From Desulfurobacteriaceae bacterium (GTDB taxonomy: Bacteria > Aquificota > Aquificia > Desulfurobacteriales > Desulfurobacteriaceae), in assembly GCA_026987115.1 (NCBI GenBank), contig JALSNF010000015.1, positions 2,537 through 66,536 of the forward strand: DNA of 64,000 nucleotides. Reading direction: 5' to 3'. The translations under genes and the position numbers were made by a program. The notes beneath the pieces were generated by a model. The model was not told the origin of the DNA, did not search any database, and saw nothing but the letters and a program-made list of their open reading frames with translations. Positions 49,490-59,058 of the stretch are shown here, piece by piece (positions within the stretch are counted from its first letter, which is position 1; each line of letters starts with the position of its first letter).

Positions 49490-50014
49490 TTACCTTTCGT
49501 CGCTAAAGGTGTCTCCCTGAAGGGCTCTTACCATAGCCACCCTTCCCGTTCTTGCCATTTCTTTAATTCCTATTGGCTTTATTAGCTGAAGGAAGGCGTC
49601 AACCTGTTCTTCGTCTCCCGTTAGCTCAACGGTGTAAGTGTCGTGGGAGAGGTCAACTATCTGGGCTCCAAATATCTCAACCAGTCTCTTTACCTCTTCC
49701 TTTTTCTCTGCCGTATCAACGCTTAACCTAACTATGAGGAGCTCCCTATCAAGCTTTCTCTTATCTGTCAGGTCTCTCACTTTAAAAACGTCAACTATAC
49801 GCCTAAGCTGTTTTACTATCTGTTCTATCGTGTGCTCGTCTCCCTTTGCAACCATAGTAAGCCTTGAAATTGTAGGGTCTTCTGTGTGCCCAACGTTTAA
49901 GCTCTCTATGTTATAACCCCGAGAGCTAAAGAGCTCTATTATCCTCGCAAGGGCTCCCGGCTGGTTCTCAACAAGGACGCTTATTATGTGCTTTCTCTCT
50001 TCTCTCTTTTCCAT
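49490..50014 (-). CDS. ilvH: Acetolactate synthase small (regulatory) subunit
   Basis: 174 aa with an ACT domain (HIISVLVENQPGALARIIELFSSRGYNIESL). Lies between ilvB and ilvC. Confidence 0.9.
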   Translation of the reverse strand: MEKREERKHIISVLVENQPGALARIIELFSSRGYNIESLNVGHTEDPTISRLTMVAKGDEHTIEQIVKQLRRIVDVFKVRDLTDKRKLDRELLIVRLSVDTAEKKEEVKRLVEIFGAQIVDLSHDTYTVELTGDEEQVDAFLQLIKPIGIKEMARTGRVAMVRALQGDTFSDER

Positions 50015-50023
50015 TCTTTCCCC

Positions 50024-51763
50024 TTAAACGGCTTTCTTTTCTTTCTTCTTCCCGTAGTTTGGAAGGAGCATTTCGTGGAGAGCTCCCCCCGGAGGAACCA
50101 TAGGGAAAACGTCCTCTTCCCTGTCAACTATAAAGTCTATTACGACAGGTCTATCCTCTACGGCCATTGCCTCTTTTAAGACCGCTTCTACTTCTTGGGG
50201 TTTTTCTGCCCTTAAACCTACTCCTCCCATGGCTTCAACGAGCTTAACGAAGTCTGGCTGAACGTCTAAGTGAACTTGAGAGTAGTTCCTATCGTAGAAG
50301 ATGCCCTGCCACTGGCGAACCATTCCCAAGAAGTTGTTGTTTATTATTGCAACTTTTATAGGTATGTTGTAGTGAACCGCCGTGACGATTTCCTGCATGT
50401 TCATCTGGAAGGAGCCGTCACCTGAAATGCAGAAGACCACTTTTTCGGGCCTTCCAACTTTTGCCCCTATAGCTGCCGGAACGCCAAACCCCATAGTTCC
50501 TAGGCCTCCTGAGGTAATAAGCTGGCGAGGGTAGCGGAACTTGTAGTACTGAGCAGTCCACATCTGGTGCTGGCCAACGTCGGTGGTAATTACGGCCTCT
50601 CCCTTGGTTATCTCCCAGATTTTCTCTATTACGAACTGGGGTTTTATTACCCTGTCGCTTGGTTCGTACCAAAGGGGATAACGCTCAAGCCAGCTCCTTA
50701 CTTTAACTATCCACTTTTCCCTTACTCTGTAAAACTCTCTGTTCTTTGCAACTTGCTTTTCAACCTCAGGCAGGAGCTCCTCCATTACGAGCTTGGCGTC
50801 TCCAACTATGGGTATGTCAACGGCCCTGTTCTTTCCAATCTCGGCACTGTCTATGTCTATGTGTATTACCTTTGCGTTGGGTGCAAAGTCTGAAAGTCTC
50901 CCTGTAACCCTGTCGTCAAAGCGGGCTCCTACGGCTATTATAAGGTCGCTTTCTTGCACTGCCATGTTGGCTGCGTAAGTTCCGTGCATTCCAAGCATTC
51001 CCAGGAAGAAAGGATGAGTTCCTGGAACTGCAGTTAAGCCCATTAAAGTTGCAACCATAGGTATGTTTGCGACCTCTGCCATCTTAACTACAAGGTCAGA
51101 AGCCCCAGAAGAGACGACCCCTCCTCCTATGTAAAGAACCGGCCTTTCGGCAGAAGCGATAGCCTTTGCGGCCCTTTTTATTTGACCGGGATGTCCCTTT
51201 AAAACAGGTTTGTAGCTCCTTATCTGAACGGGAGTTTTATACTCCTCTTCAAAGAAGTCCGTTAGCTCTCTACTAACGTCTTTGGGTAGGTCAACTAGAA
51301 CAACTCCGGGCCTTCCTGTTCTTGCTATGTGGAAAGCTTTTTTGACGGTGTCTGCAAGGTCTTTAACGTCTTTAACTAGGAAGTTGTGTTTGGTTATAGG
51401 CCTTGTTATGCCGACAGTGTCAACCTCTTGGAAAGCGTCATTTCCAATCATGGAGGTTGGAACGTTTCCCGTAAAAGCAACAACGGGGACAGAGTCTATC
51501 TGGGCAGTTGCAAGGCCCGTAACGAGGTTTGTTGCACCGGGACCTGAAGTGGCAAAGCACACTCCCACTTTACCGCTTGCACGGGCGTAGCCGTCTGCAG
51601 CGTGGGCGGCTCCCTGCTCGTGTCTCGTTAAGTAGTGTTTTAAAGGGCTGAAAGGGAGTCTATCGTAAATGTCAAGGACTGCTCCGCCGGGATAACCAAA
51701 TATGGTATCAACTCCTTCAAGCTCAAGAGCCCTTAGTAAAATTTCAGCTCCAGAGAGTTTCAT
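50024..51763 (-). CDS. ilvB: Acetolactate synthase large subunit
   Basis: Start set at ATG 51763 (MKLSGAEILL) after AAGGAGGAAAG. ThDP motif GGLGTMGFGVPAAIGA...GDGSFQMN. Confidence 0.95.
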   Translation of the reverse strand: MKLSGAEILLRALELEGVDTIFGYPGGAVLDIYDRLPFSPLKHYLTRHEQGAAHAADGYARASGKVGVCFATSGPGATNLVTGLATAQIDSVPVVAFTGNVPTSMIGNDAFQEVDTVGITRPITKHNFLVKDVKDLADTVKKAFHIARTGRPGVVLVDLPKDVSRELTDFFEEEYKTPVQIRSYKPVLKGHPGQIKRAAKAIASAERPVLYIGGGVVSSGASDLVVKMAEVANIPMVATLMGLTAVPGTHPFFLGMLGMHGTYAANMAVQESDLIIAVGARFDDRVTGRLSDFAPNAKVIHIDIDSAEIGKNRAVDIPIVGDAKLVMEELLPEVEKQVAKNREFYRVREKWIVKVRSWLERYPLWYEPSDRVIKPQFVIEKIWEITKGEAVITTDVGQHQMWTAQYYKFRYPRQLITSGGLGTMGFGVPAAIGAKVGRPEKVVFCISGDGSFQMNMQEIVTAVHYNIPIKVAIINNNFLGMVRQWQGIFYDRNYSQVHLDVQPDFVKLVEAMGGVGLRAEKPQEVEAVLKEAMAVEDRPVVIDFIVDREEDVFPMVPPGGALHEMLLPNYGKKKEKKAV

Positions 51764-51850
51764 TACTTTCCTCCTTAAGGCTGTAAATGGAAATGATAGC
51801 AAATAGTTTTACATATATTTACCTCTTTGAAGTCTTAATAGGAGGGATTC

Positions 51851-53134
51851 TTGATAGTAAGGAAGCTGAGTTATAGGGAACCTTTTAAAGTCTTTCTGAG
51901 CTTAGTTAAGGTGGGAGCTCCAGTTAACCTCTTTTTAGACTCTTGTCAGTTAAACCCGAAAACTTCAAGGTTTTCATTTATCTGTATTGGCATAGAGGAG
52001 GAGGTTGTAGTAAAGGGAAGAGGGGAAGGCTTTGAGAAGCTTTCAAGGGAGTTTGAGAGGCTAAAGGGAAAGTTTGAGGTCAAGGAAGTTCCTTACGGCC
52101 TTTTCGGCTACGCCTCTTATGAGGCAAATAGGTTCTTGGAAAAAGTCCCTACTGCAGAAGTTAACGACATAGGAATGCCAGAAATTCACTTTTTCCTCCC
52201 TGCGACCCTTTTGTTTTTTGACAAGTTAAAGAGGGAGGCTTGGCTTGTAAGCCAGGAGCCCTTTAAAGTGCCTGAGGACAAACCTTATGAAGGTTCTTTC
52301 ACCGCTGAGTTTAGAGGGTTTAACATGACGAAGGACTACTTCTATAGGGCCGTTGAGAAGATTAAGGAGTACATAGCTTCCGGAGACAGCTTTCAGGTTA
52401 ACTTTTCCCAAAGGCTTGACTTTTCTTTTAAAGGGAGCTCCGTTGAGCTTTACAGGAGGTTAAGGGAGATAAACCCTTCTCCCTTTTCCTTTTACATGGA
52501 CTTGGGAGGGTTTAAGGGGGTTTCGTGCTCTCCAGAGAGGCTTTTAAGGGTGGAAGGGAACTTAGCCCAAACAAGACCCATTGCAGGAACGAGGAGAAGG
52601 GGGAAAGACTACACAGAGAACGAGAGGCTTGAGAGGGAGCTCTTTCTGTCAGAGAAGGAAAGGGCAGAACACGTTATGCTCGTTGACCTTGAGAGGAACG
52701 ACCTTGGGAAGGTGTGTAAGTACGGAACTGTAGAGGTTGACGAGCTTATGGTTCCGGAGAGGTACTCCCACGTGGTCCACATAGTGTCCAACGTTAAGGG
52801 TATTTTAAAAGAGGGGATTTCCCACATAGACGCTCTAAAGGCCCTCTTTCCCGGGGGGACTATAACGGGAGCTCCCAAAGTAAGGACTATGGAGATAATA
52901 GCCGAACTTGAGCCTACTTGGAGGAACCTCTACACAGGTTCAGTAGGCTACTTAGGTTTTAACGGAGTTTCAGACTTTAACATAGTGATTAGAACCTTGT
53001 TAATAAAGGAAGAGACTGCTTATTTACAGGTAGGTGCAGGAATAGTTTGGGACTCTGAGGCAAACAAAGAATACAAGGAGACCCTACACAAGGCAAGGGC
53101 CCTCCTGGCATCTCTCGGCATTAAAGAGATTTAA
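51851..53134 (+). CDS. Chorismate-utilising enzyme, aminodeoxychorismate synthase component I-like
   Basis: 427 aa with TrpE/PabB-family C-terminal motifs SPERLLRV, IAGTRRRG, PGGTITGAPKVRTMEII and YTGSVGYL. The short N-terminal region lacks the anthranilate synthase Trp-feedback motif. TTG start. Confidence 0.75.
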   Translation: MIVRKLSYREPFKVFLSLVKVGAPVNLFLDSCQLNPKTSRFSFICIGIEEEVVVKGRGEGFEKLSREFERLKGKFEVKEVPYGLFGYASYEANRFLEKVPTAEVNDIGMPEIHFFLPATLLFFDKLKREAWLVSQEPFKVPEDKPYEGSFTAEFRGFNMTKDYFYRAVEKIKEYIASGDSFQVNFSQRLDFSFKGSSVELYRRLREINPSPFSFYMDLGGFKGVSCSPERLLRVEGNLAQTRPIAGTRRRGKDYTENERLERELFLSEKERAEHVMLVDLERNDLGKVCKYGTVEVDELMVPERYSHVVHIVSNVKGILKEGISHIDALKALFPGGTITGAPKVRTMEIIAELEPTWRNLYTGSVGYLGFNGVSDFNIVIRTLLIKEETAYLQVGAGIVWDSEANKEYKETLHKARALLASLGIKEI

Positions 53135-53361
53135 GCCTCCTCTTTCTGCTCTTCCTCTTTGCTCCTTTTTGCCTCAAGCATAGCCGAAAGTTCAGATATT
53201 GTGGAGTTTGAAAGCTTCTCCTCAACGATAAGCTTAATTAACCTACTTAATTTCTGCTCGTTATTCCCGGCTATGCCGTAAAGAATGTAATAGGTTTTCT
53301 TAGGAATTGAGAGTTTAACCGTCTTATTTGTCCTCTTTCCAGCCTTTCTCCCTCTAGCCAT
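53131..53361 (-). CDS. Small basic protein with ribbon-helix-helix-like pattern
   Basis: 76 aa, ATG 4 nt after GGAGGAAGC. Basic N-terminus, then KTVKLSIPKKTYYILYGIAGNNEQKLSRLIKLIVEEKL (strand-helix-helix spacing as in CopG/Arc/MetJ) and an acidic tail. Confidence 0.45.
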   Translation of the reverse strand: MARGRKAGKRTNKTVKLSIPKKTYYILYGIAGNNEQKLSRLIKLIVEEKLSNSTISELSAMLEAKRSKEEEQKEEA

Positions 53362-53403
53362 GCTTCCTCCAAGAAAATTTGCTTAATTTATTATCAAATT
53401 TTA

Positions 53404-54372
53404 TTACTTTTTTTTAAAAGTTTCAAACTTCCTTCCCAGTATGTCGTGAAGGTGGACTATGCCCACAACTTTACCCCTTTCATCTACAACTGGAAGGACG
53501 GTTATCTTGTTAAGTTCCATTAGCTCAAGGGCTTCTTCCCCGAAAGACTCCTCATCTATGACTTTTGGCTCTTTAGTCATAACTTCCCTTGCGGGGGTTT
53601 TAAAGTCAACTCCCCTCTCAAAAGCCCTTCTTAGGTCTCCGTCGGTTATTATCCCTACGAGTTTTTCCTTATCAACAACTAAAGTTGCACCGAGCTTCTT
53701 ACTTGAAATCTCAAGGATTGCGTCCTTAAGGGGGGTTTCAGGGGAGACTATAGGGAGCTCCTCACCTTTCCTCATAATTTCCTTTACCTTTGAAAGCCTT
53801 ATACCCAGCTTTCCCCCGGGATGAAGCCTTGCAAAGTCCCTTGAGCTGAAACCTTTAAGCTTCATTAAAGTTATCGCAATGGCGTCTCCTAGTGCCAAAG
53901 TGGCAGTAGTTGAGGTAGTGGGAGCCAAGTTATAGGGACAGGCTTCCTTTTTTACTCCCAAGTTTAAAACGATGTCAGAAAGCCTTGCGAGGGTAGAATC
54001 TAAAGAGCTCGTTATGGCTATTACTGGAATTCCAAAACTCTTTATAAGGGGGACAATAGACAAAAGCTCCGGAGTCTCTCCGCTGTGGGATACTGCAATT
54101 ACCGCGTCCTCTCCTCTTAACATTCCCAAGTCGCCGTGGGCTGCGTCTGTAGGGTGGAGGAAGAAAGAGGGAGTGCCGGTGCTGGAAAGGGTTGCAGCTA
54201 TCTTTTTACATATCAGTCCAGACTTTCCCACGCCTGTTAAGACCACTCTTCCTTTGGTATTTAAAAGGAGTTTAACTGCCTTAACGAAGTTCTCGTCAAG
54301 CTGCTGGGCCAACTCCTTGAGTGCTCTTTCCTCCTCTTCTATTACCCTTTTTCCCTCTTTCAGAATCTCCAT
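53404..54372 (-). CDS. kpsF: Arabinose-5-phosphate isomerase (KpsF/GutQ family)
   Basis: 322 aa with a SIS domain (GVGKSGLICKKIAATLSSTGTPSFFLHP) and a tandem CBS pair. Confidence 0.9.
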   Translation of the reverse strand: MEILKEGKRVIEEEERALKELAQQLDENFVKAVKLLLNTKGRVVLTGVGKSGLICKKIAATLSSTGTPSFFLHPTDAAHGDLGMLRGEDAVIAVSHSGETPELLSIVPLIKSFGIPVIAITSSLDSTLARLSDIVLNLGVKKEACPYNLAPTTSTTATLALGDAIAITLMKLKGFSSRDFARLHPGGKLGIRLSKVKEIMRKGEELPIVSPETPLKDAILEISSKKLGATLVVDKEKLVGIITDGDLRRAFERGVDFKTPAREVMTKEPKVIDEESFGEEALELMELNKITVLPVVDERGKVVGIVHLHDILGRKFETFKKK

Positions 54373-55183
54373 TTAGCCTCCTTAGCACCTTCTCCCTATA
54401 CCTTTCCTCGTAAAAGGGATTCCTCAGCCAAGACTTGGGGAAAGTCCTAATCCAACGCTCTAAGTTCTCTATTCTCTTTCTGTTTGTGGGGTGGTCCATA
54501 AAGAGCTCTGTAATCCCGGAAGGCTTAAACTTCATTAGCTTGTCAAGTATCTCTATGGTCTCAACAGAGGCAACGGGGTTCCAGCCTGCCTTCCCTGCGT
54601 AGTAGGCTCCCATAGCGTCTGCCTCAAACTCCTCTTTCCTTGAGTAGCCGCTTACTACTATCTGGTAAAGTACTTTTAACACCTCGCTTTCAAGGGGAGT
54701 TAGCTCTTTTCCGTTCAGGGCTATTGAAAGGAGGATGTTTATGCCGTAAATGAGCTGAAGCCTCCTTATGGCGTGTCTTCCAACTATGTGGCCTGTTTCG
54801 TGTCCCAAGACAAAGGCAAGGTCTGCCTCGTTTTTAAGGTGTTTTAAAAGGCCCGTGTAGATGTAAACCCAACCTCCGGGAAGTGAAAAGGCGTTTAGCT
54901 CGTTGCTTTCAATTACTTTGTAGTGGTAGGTTATGTCGTGTCTATCACATACTTTAGCTATTTTCTGGCCTACCCAGTTAACGTAGTTGTTGATAACCGG
55001 GTCTTTGCACATTATTGACCTTGCTTCTATCTGTCTTGCTGCAGCCCTGCCTATTTCTACTTCTTCAGAGGTGGGAATGAGTATTAAAGAGGTCTCCCCG
55101 AAGGGAGATGTCCTTACAATACCGCAGGCAAAGGTGAAGAAACTTAATATTATTAAAAGGGCCGTAAAGACTCTTTTTTCCAT
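54296..55183 (-). CDS. M48-family zinc metalloprotease lipoprotein
   Basis: 295 aa with a signal peptide and lipobox-like FTFAC, and the HExxH motif LGHETGHIVGRH. Its 3' end overlaps kpsF by 77 nt. Confidence 0.8.
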   Translation of the reverse strand: MEKRVFTALLIILSFFTFACGIVRTSPFGETSLILIPTSEEVEIGRAAARQIEARSIMCKDPVINNYVNWVGQKIAKVCDRHDITYHYKVIESNELNAFSLPGGWVYIYTGLLKHLKNEADLAFVLGHETGHIVGRHAIRRLQLIYGINILLSIALNGKELTPLESEVLKVLYQIVVSGYSRKEEFEADAMGAYYAGKAGWNPVASVETIEILDKLMKFKPSGITELFMDHPTNRKRIENLERWIRTFPKSWLRNPFYEERYREKVLRRLNGDSERGKKGNRRGGKSTQGVGPAA

Positions 55184-55216
55184 AGTTATGAAATTTTATT
55201 AAATTTGGTAAAGAGT

Positions 55217-56458
55217 ATGGAGAGTAGGTTAAACATAGAGATAACTTTAACTCAGAAGCTAAAGTTAACCCCGAAACAGGTCTTAAGTCTTGAGCTCCTT
55301 CAGCTACCCTTAATTAAGCTTGAGGAGAGGATTAAAAGGGAGGCAGAGGAGAACCCTTTAATTGAGCCGATTGACTTTGTGTATGAAGAGAGCTCCCACT
55401 ACTACGAAGAAAAGGAAGAAGAAAGGGAAGAAGTAATTCCCAGCTATACTACCGGCAAAGAGCTCCTCCTTGAGCAGGTTAAGTTGGAGTTTTCAGGCCT
55501 TGAGGAGAAGATAGGTAGGTTTATAGTTGAAAACCTAAACGAAAGGGGACTTTTAGAAGTTCCCCTTGAAGAGATTGCCCGGAGGTTTAACGCTACTGTC
55601 TCTACTGTAAACTCTGTGAGGGAGAAAATAAAGAGCTTCTCCCCTGTAGGGTGCGGTTCTCTTACCGTTAAGGAGTTAATGGAGAGCCAGCTTAAAAGTA
55701 TGGGAGCTCCTGAAAAGTTTATAGAAGCACTAAAAAAGCTTGAACTCTTAGCAGACGTTGAACGGTTTAAGGAAGAAACTGGACTTACCCGAGAAGAGGT
55801 AGATAAGTTCTTATCCCTCCTTAAAAGGATTGAACTTTACCCCCTTAAAGAGGTTCTTCCCGTAAGGGTTAAGCCTGACCTTAAAGTCTGGCTTGAAGGG
55901 GGAGAGGTCAAGGTAGAGGTAAAAACTCCTAGTTGGCTAAAGTTTAAGATAAACAAGTACTACCTCCAGTATTCAACTAGACAGGAATTAAGGAAATACA
56001 TTAACGAAAAGTACAGGAGGGCTCTCTACCTAAAGAAGGCAGTTGAGAGCAGGGAAGAGACCTTAAAGAAAATAGCTCAAGAGGTGTTTAAAGTTCAGAT
56101 AGAGTTTTTAAAGGACGGTAAGACTATAAAACCCTTATCCCTTACCCAAGTTGCAAGGAACCTCTCCCTTCACGAGTCAACGGTAAGTAGGGGGGTAAAG
56201 GACAAGTTCGTTGAGACTCCCTTTGGCGTTTTCCCTTTAAGGGCTTTCTTTAAAAAAGGAATATCCGGAGAATCTGTTGAAGCGGTAAAGGAAGAGATAA
56301 GGAGGATTATTGAAGCGGAAGACAAAAGGAGACCTTTAAGCGACGGGAAAATTGCAGAGCTCCTAAAGGAAAAGGGCATAAAGATAGCAAGGAGAACTGT
56401 TGCAAAGTATAGGGAAGAGATGGGGATTCCTGGAGCTTATAAGAGGAGACGAAAGTGA
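55217..56458 (+). CDS. rpoN: RNA polymerase sigma-54 factor
   Basis: N-terminal region I (LTQKLKLTPKQVLSLELLQLP), C-terminal HTH and RpoN box (ARRTVAKYREEMGIP). The start could also be the TTG at 55205. Confidence 0.9.
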   Translation: MESRLNIEITLTQKLKLTPKQVLSLELLQLPLIKLEERIKREAEENPLIEPIDFVYEESSHYYEEKEEEREEVIPSYTTGKELLLEQVKLEFSGLEEKIGRFIVENLNERGLLEVPLEEIARRFNATVSTVNSVREKIKSFSPVGCGSLTVKELMESQLKSMGAPEKFIEALKKLELLADVERFKEETGLTREEVDKFLSLLKRIELYPLKEVLPVRVKPDLKVWLEGGEVKVEVKTPSWLKFKINKYYLQYSTRQELRKYINEKYRRALYLKKAVESREETLKKIAQEVFKVQIEFLKDGKTIKPLSLTQVARNLSLHESTVSRGVKDKFVETPFGVFPLRAFFKKGISGESVEAVKEEIRRIIEAEDKRRPLSDGKIAELLKEKGIKIARRTVAKYREEMGIPGAYKRRRK

Positions 56459-59058
56459 AGCTTAACTTAAGTAAAGAGTGGGAAGAGGGAGTAAGCTTTG
56501 TAAACTCTTCAAACTTGCCAAGTAAAAGGAGAGCTCTCATTTACCTTGAAAAGCTGGCAAGCTCTTTAAAGAAGAGGCCGAGTTGGCTAGACGCAAAGTA
56601 TTTAAACCACCTTTTAACCCTCTTTTCCTACTCTGCCTACTTAGCAGAGTTTTTAGTTAAGGAAGAGAAAGCTTTAAGGGAGCTAAAGGAAATCTATAAG
56701 AAGGAATTTAAGCCTTTAGACTTTAAACTAAAGCTTACGAAGAAGGATAAAAAGGAGCTCCTTTATTTTAAAAACCTCCAAATGGCGAGACTCCTTTTAA
56801 GGGACATCTTAGGCCTTGCTCCCTTTAAAGAGCTTGTAAGGGACGCTACGCTAATTCACGACGCCCTCTTTAAGGGAGCTCTCAACTTCCTACTTGAAGA
56901 ATTTAAAGTAAAGTACGGAGAGCCAAGCTGCGGCTTTACCGTTATAGACATGGGAAAGGCAGCAGGATTTGAGCTTAACTACTCTTCAGACATTGACGCA
57001 ATGTTCGTTTACAAGAGCCGTTTTGGGAAAAGCAGCGGCGGCAAACTTGGGGAGCTCCAAAACCACGACTACTTTACCCTCCTTTCAAGGGAGCTCCTAA
57101 AACTCCTTGAGGGAGTGGTAAAGGTTGATACTAGGCTTAGACCAAACGGGACTATGGGCCCTTTGGTTAACGACATAATCGCCCTTGAAGATTACTACAC
57201 GGCAGTTGCAAGGCCTTGGGAAAGGTTTGCCCTTTTAAAGTCAAGGCCCTCTGTAGGAGACCTAAAAGATACGGGACTTGAGTTTATAAAACTCGCAAAG
57301 GCCTTCGTTTACAGAAAGTACCTTGACCTAACCTTAATAGAAGAGGTCTTAAGACTTAAAGAGCTGATAAAAAACAAAGTCTCAAAAAAGAGGGGAAAGA
57401 TAGACCTAAAGCTGGGGAAAGGAGGTATAAGAGAAGTAGAGTTTATAGTTCAAGCCTTCCAGCTCATTTACGGAGGCAAAGACAAGAAAATCCGCTCTAC
57501 GAACACCTTAATTGCACTAGAAAAGCTCTTTAAGTGGGGATATTTAAAAGAGAAAGAGTTTAAGGAGTTAACCCAAGACTACCTCTTTTTAAGGAAGGCA
57601 GAGCACATGCTCCAGATAACCTACTTTAGGCAAACTCAAACCTTCCACCCTGAAAGTGAAGAGGCAAGGGAGCTTGCCATTAAAATGGGCTTTAGTCAAA
57701 GGGAAGAGTTCTTAAAGGAACTAAAATTCAGAATGGAGAGGGTTAACTCCTACTTTAACAAGTTCTTCCCCACAGGAGACAGGAAGCCCCTATCCACTTT
57801 TACGGCGAAAGAGCTTGAGAATGTGGGCTTTTCTGAGCCTGAAGAGGTAAAAAGGTTCCTGCAAGTCCTCCTATCAATGAAAAGCCTTACTCCTGAAGAG
57901 GTTAACAAAATTGACGTTATGGGAGACAAGTTTCTAACTCTCCTTCTAGAAGCTCCAAACTCAAAGAACGCCATGAAAAACTTAGTTCTCTTCCTTGAAA
58001 GGGAAGAGGGGAAACTCTTTTTCTTCTCGGTTTTAAACCAGATAAACGCCCTTAACCTCCTTTTCTACCTCCTTTCAACTAAGGACTTTTTCGTAAATAG
58101 GTTTAAGGAAAACCCGGAGCTCGTAAACTTTATCTTCTCTCCTAACCTGATAGAGGAAGGGGTTAATGAGAAGACCTTTAACGAGATTTACAAAGAACTT
58201 AACAACCTTAAGCTCACAAAGGCGCTACTTGAAGTTATATCCCTGTTAAGGTACAGGCTTAAAAGGACCTCTATTACCGAGTTCTTTAGGGAAATTACCG
58301 TTAGTTGCGACTTCGTAATAGATAAGGCCTACGCTAAGTTAAAACCTTCCTTTTCGGTGGCCTCTTTGGGAAAGCACGGAAGTTATGAGATGAACTTGGG
58401 TTCAGACTTGGACCTTCTCTTTGTAAAGGGAAAAGAGGAAGAGAGGGAGAAGGCGTTGGAACTTATAAGAGAACTTGAAGGGGTTGGCTGTGAAGTTGAT
58501 ACTAGACTAAGGCCCTTTGGAGAGAAAGGAGAGCTCCTTTTCTCCCTCCCTTACTTAAGGGAATACTTTAGGTCAAGTGCAAGGCTGTGGGAGAGGCTGG
58601 CTTTTACTAGATTCAGGTTCTTAAAAGGGGAGCTAAAAGAAGAATTAGAGGAGACGGTTAAAGAGTTCCTCTTTGGAAAGGACTTAACTTTAAAGGAGAT
58701 AAGGGAAATTGAAGAAATGAGGGAGAGGCTTGAAAGGGAGCTCTCTAAAGGAGAGGAGGACATAAAGTACGGGAAGGGAGGAATAGTTGACTTAGAGTTT
58801 GCAGGCTACACCTACCAACTACTTAAAAAGGTCTGGATAAGGAACACTTACGAGAGCCTAAGGAAGATAGAGGGAGAAGGTTTTAAGGGAGCTTCTGAGC
58901 TCTATGTAAAGCTTAGGGAAGCTGAAACTGAAAAGAGGCTCTTTGGGGACTTTATTAAGTATAAAGGTAAAATAGCTGAGCTAAAGGACGAGGTTAGGAA
59001 GTTCTATCAGGAGTTTATAAAATGGAGCAAAGAGGAGATTTCAAAAGGTACCTCATAG
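56455..59058 (+). CDS. glnE: Glutamine synthetase adenylyltransferase/adenylyl-removing enzyme GlnE
   Basis: 867 aa with two nucleotidyltransferase modules (GKAAGFELNYSSDIDAMFVY and GKHGSYEMNLGSDLDLLFV), each followed by a GlnE-type helical domain with DTRLRP. GTG start overlaps the rpoN stop (GTGA). Confidence 0.85.
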   Translation: MKLNLSKEWEEGVSFVNSSNLPSKRRALIYLEKLASSLKKRPSWLDAKYLNHLLTLFSYSAYLAEFLVKEEKALRELKEIYKKEFKPLDFKLKLTKKDKKELLYFKNLQMARLLLRDILGLAPFKELVRDATLIHDALFKGALNFLLEEFKVKYGEPSCGFTVIDMGKAAGFELNYSSDIDAMFVYKSRFGKSSGGKLGELQNHDYFTLLSRELLKLLEGVVKVDTRLRPNGTMGPLVNDIIALEDYYTAVARPWERFALLKSRPSVGDLKDTGLEFIKLAKAFVYRKYLDLTLIEEVLRLKELIKNKVSKKRGKIDLKLGKGGIREVEFIVQAFQLIYGGKDKKIRSTNTLIALEKLFKWGYLKEKEFKELTQDYLFLRKAEHMLQITYFRQTQTFHPESEEARELAIKMGFSQREEFLKELKFRMERVNSYFNKFFPTGDRKPLSTFTAKELENVGFSEPEEVKRFLQVLLSMKSLTPEEVNKIDVMGDKFLTLLLEAPNSKNAMKNLVLFLEREEGKLFFFSVLNQINALNLLFYLLSTKDFFVNRFKENPELVNFIFSPNLIEEGVNEKTFNEIYKELNNLKLTKALLEVISLLRYRLKRTSITEFFREITVSCDFVIDKAYAKLKPSFSVASLGKHGSYEMNLGSDLDLLFVKGKEEEREKALELIRELEGVGCEVDTRLRPFGEKGELLFSLPYLREYFRSSARLWERLAFTRFRFLKGELKEELEETVKEFLFGKDLTLKEIREIEEMRERLERELSKGEEDIKYGKGGIVDLEFAGYTYQLLKKVWIRNTYESLRKIEGEGFKGASELYVKLREAETEKRLFGDFIKYKGKIAELKDEVRKFYQEFIKWSKEEISKGTS

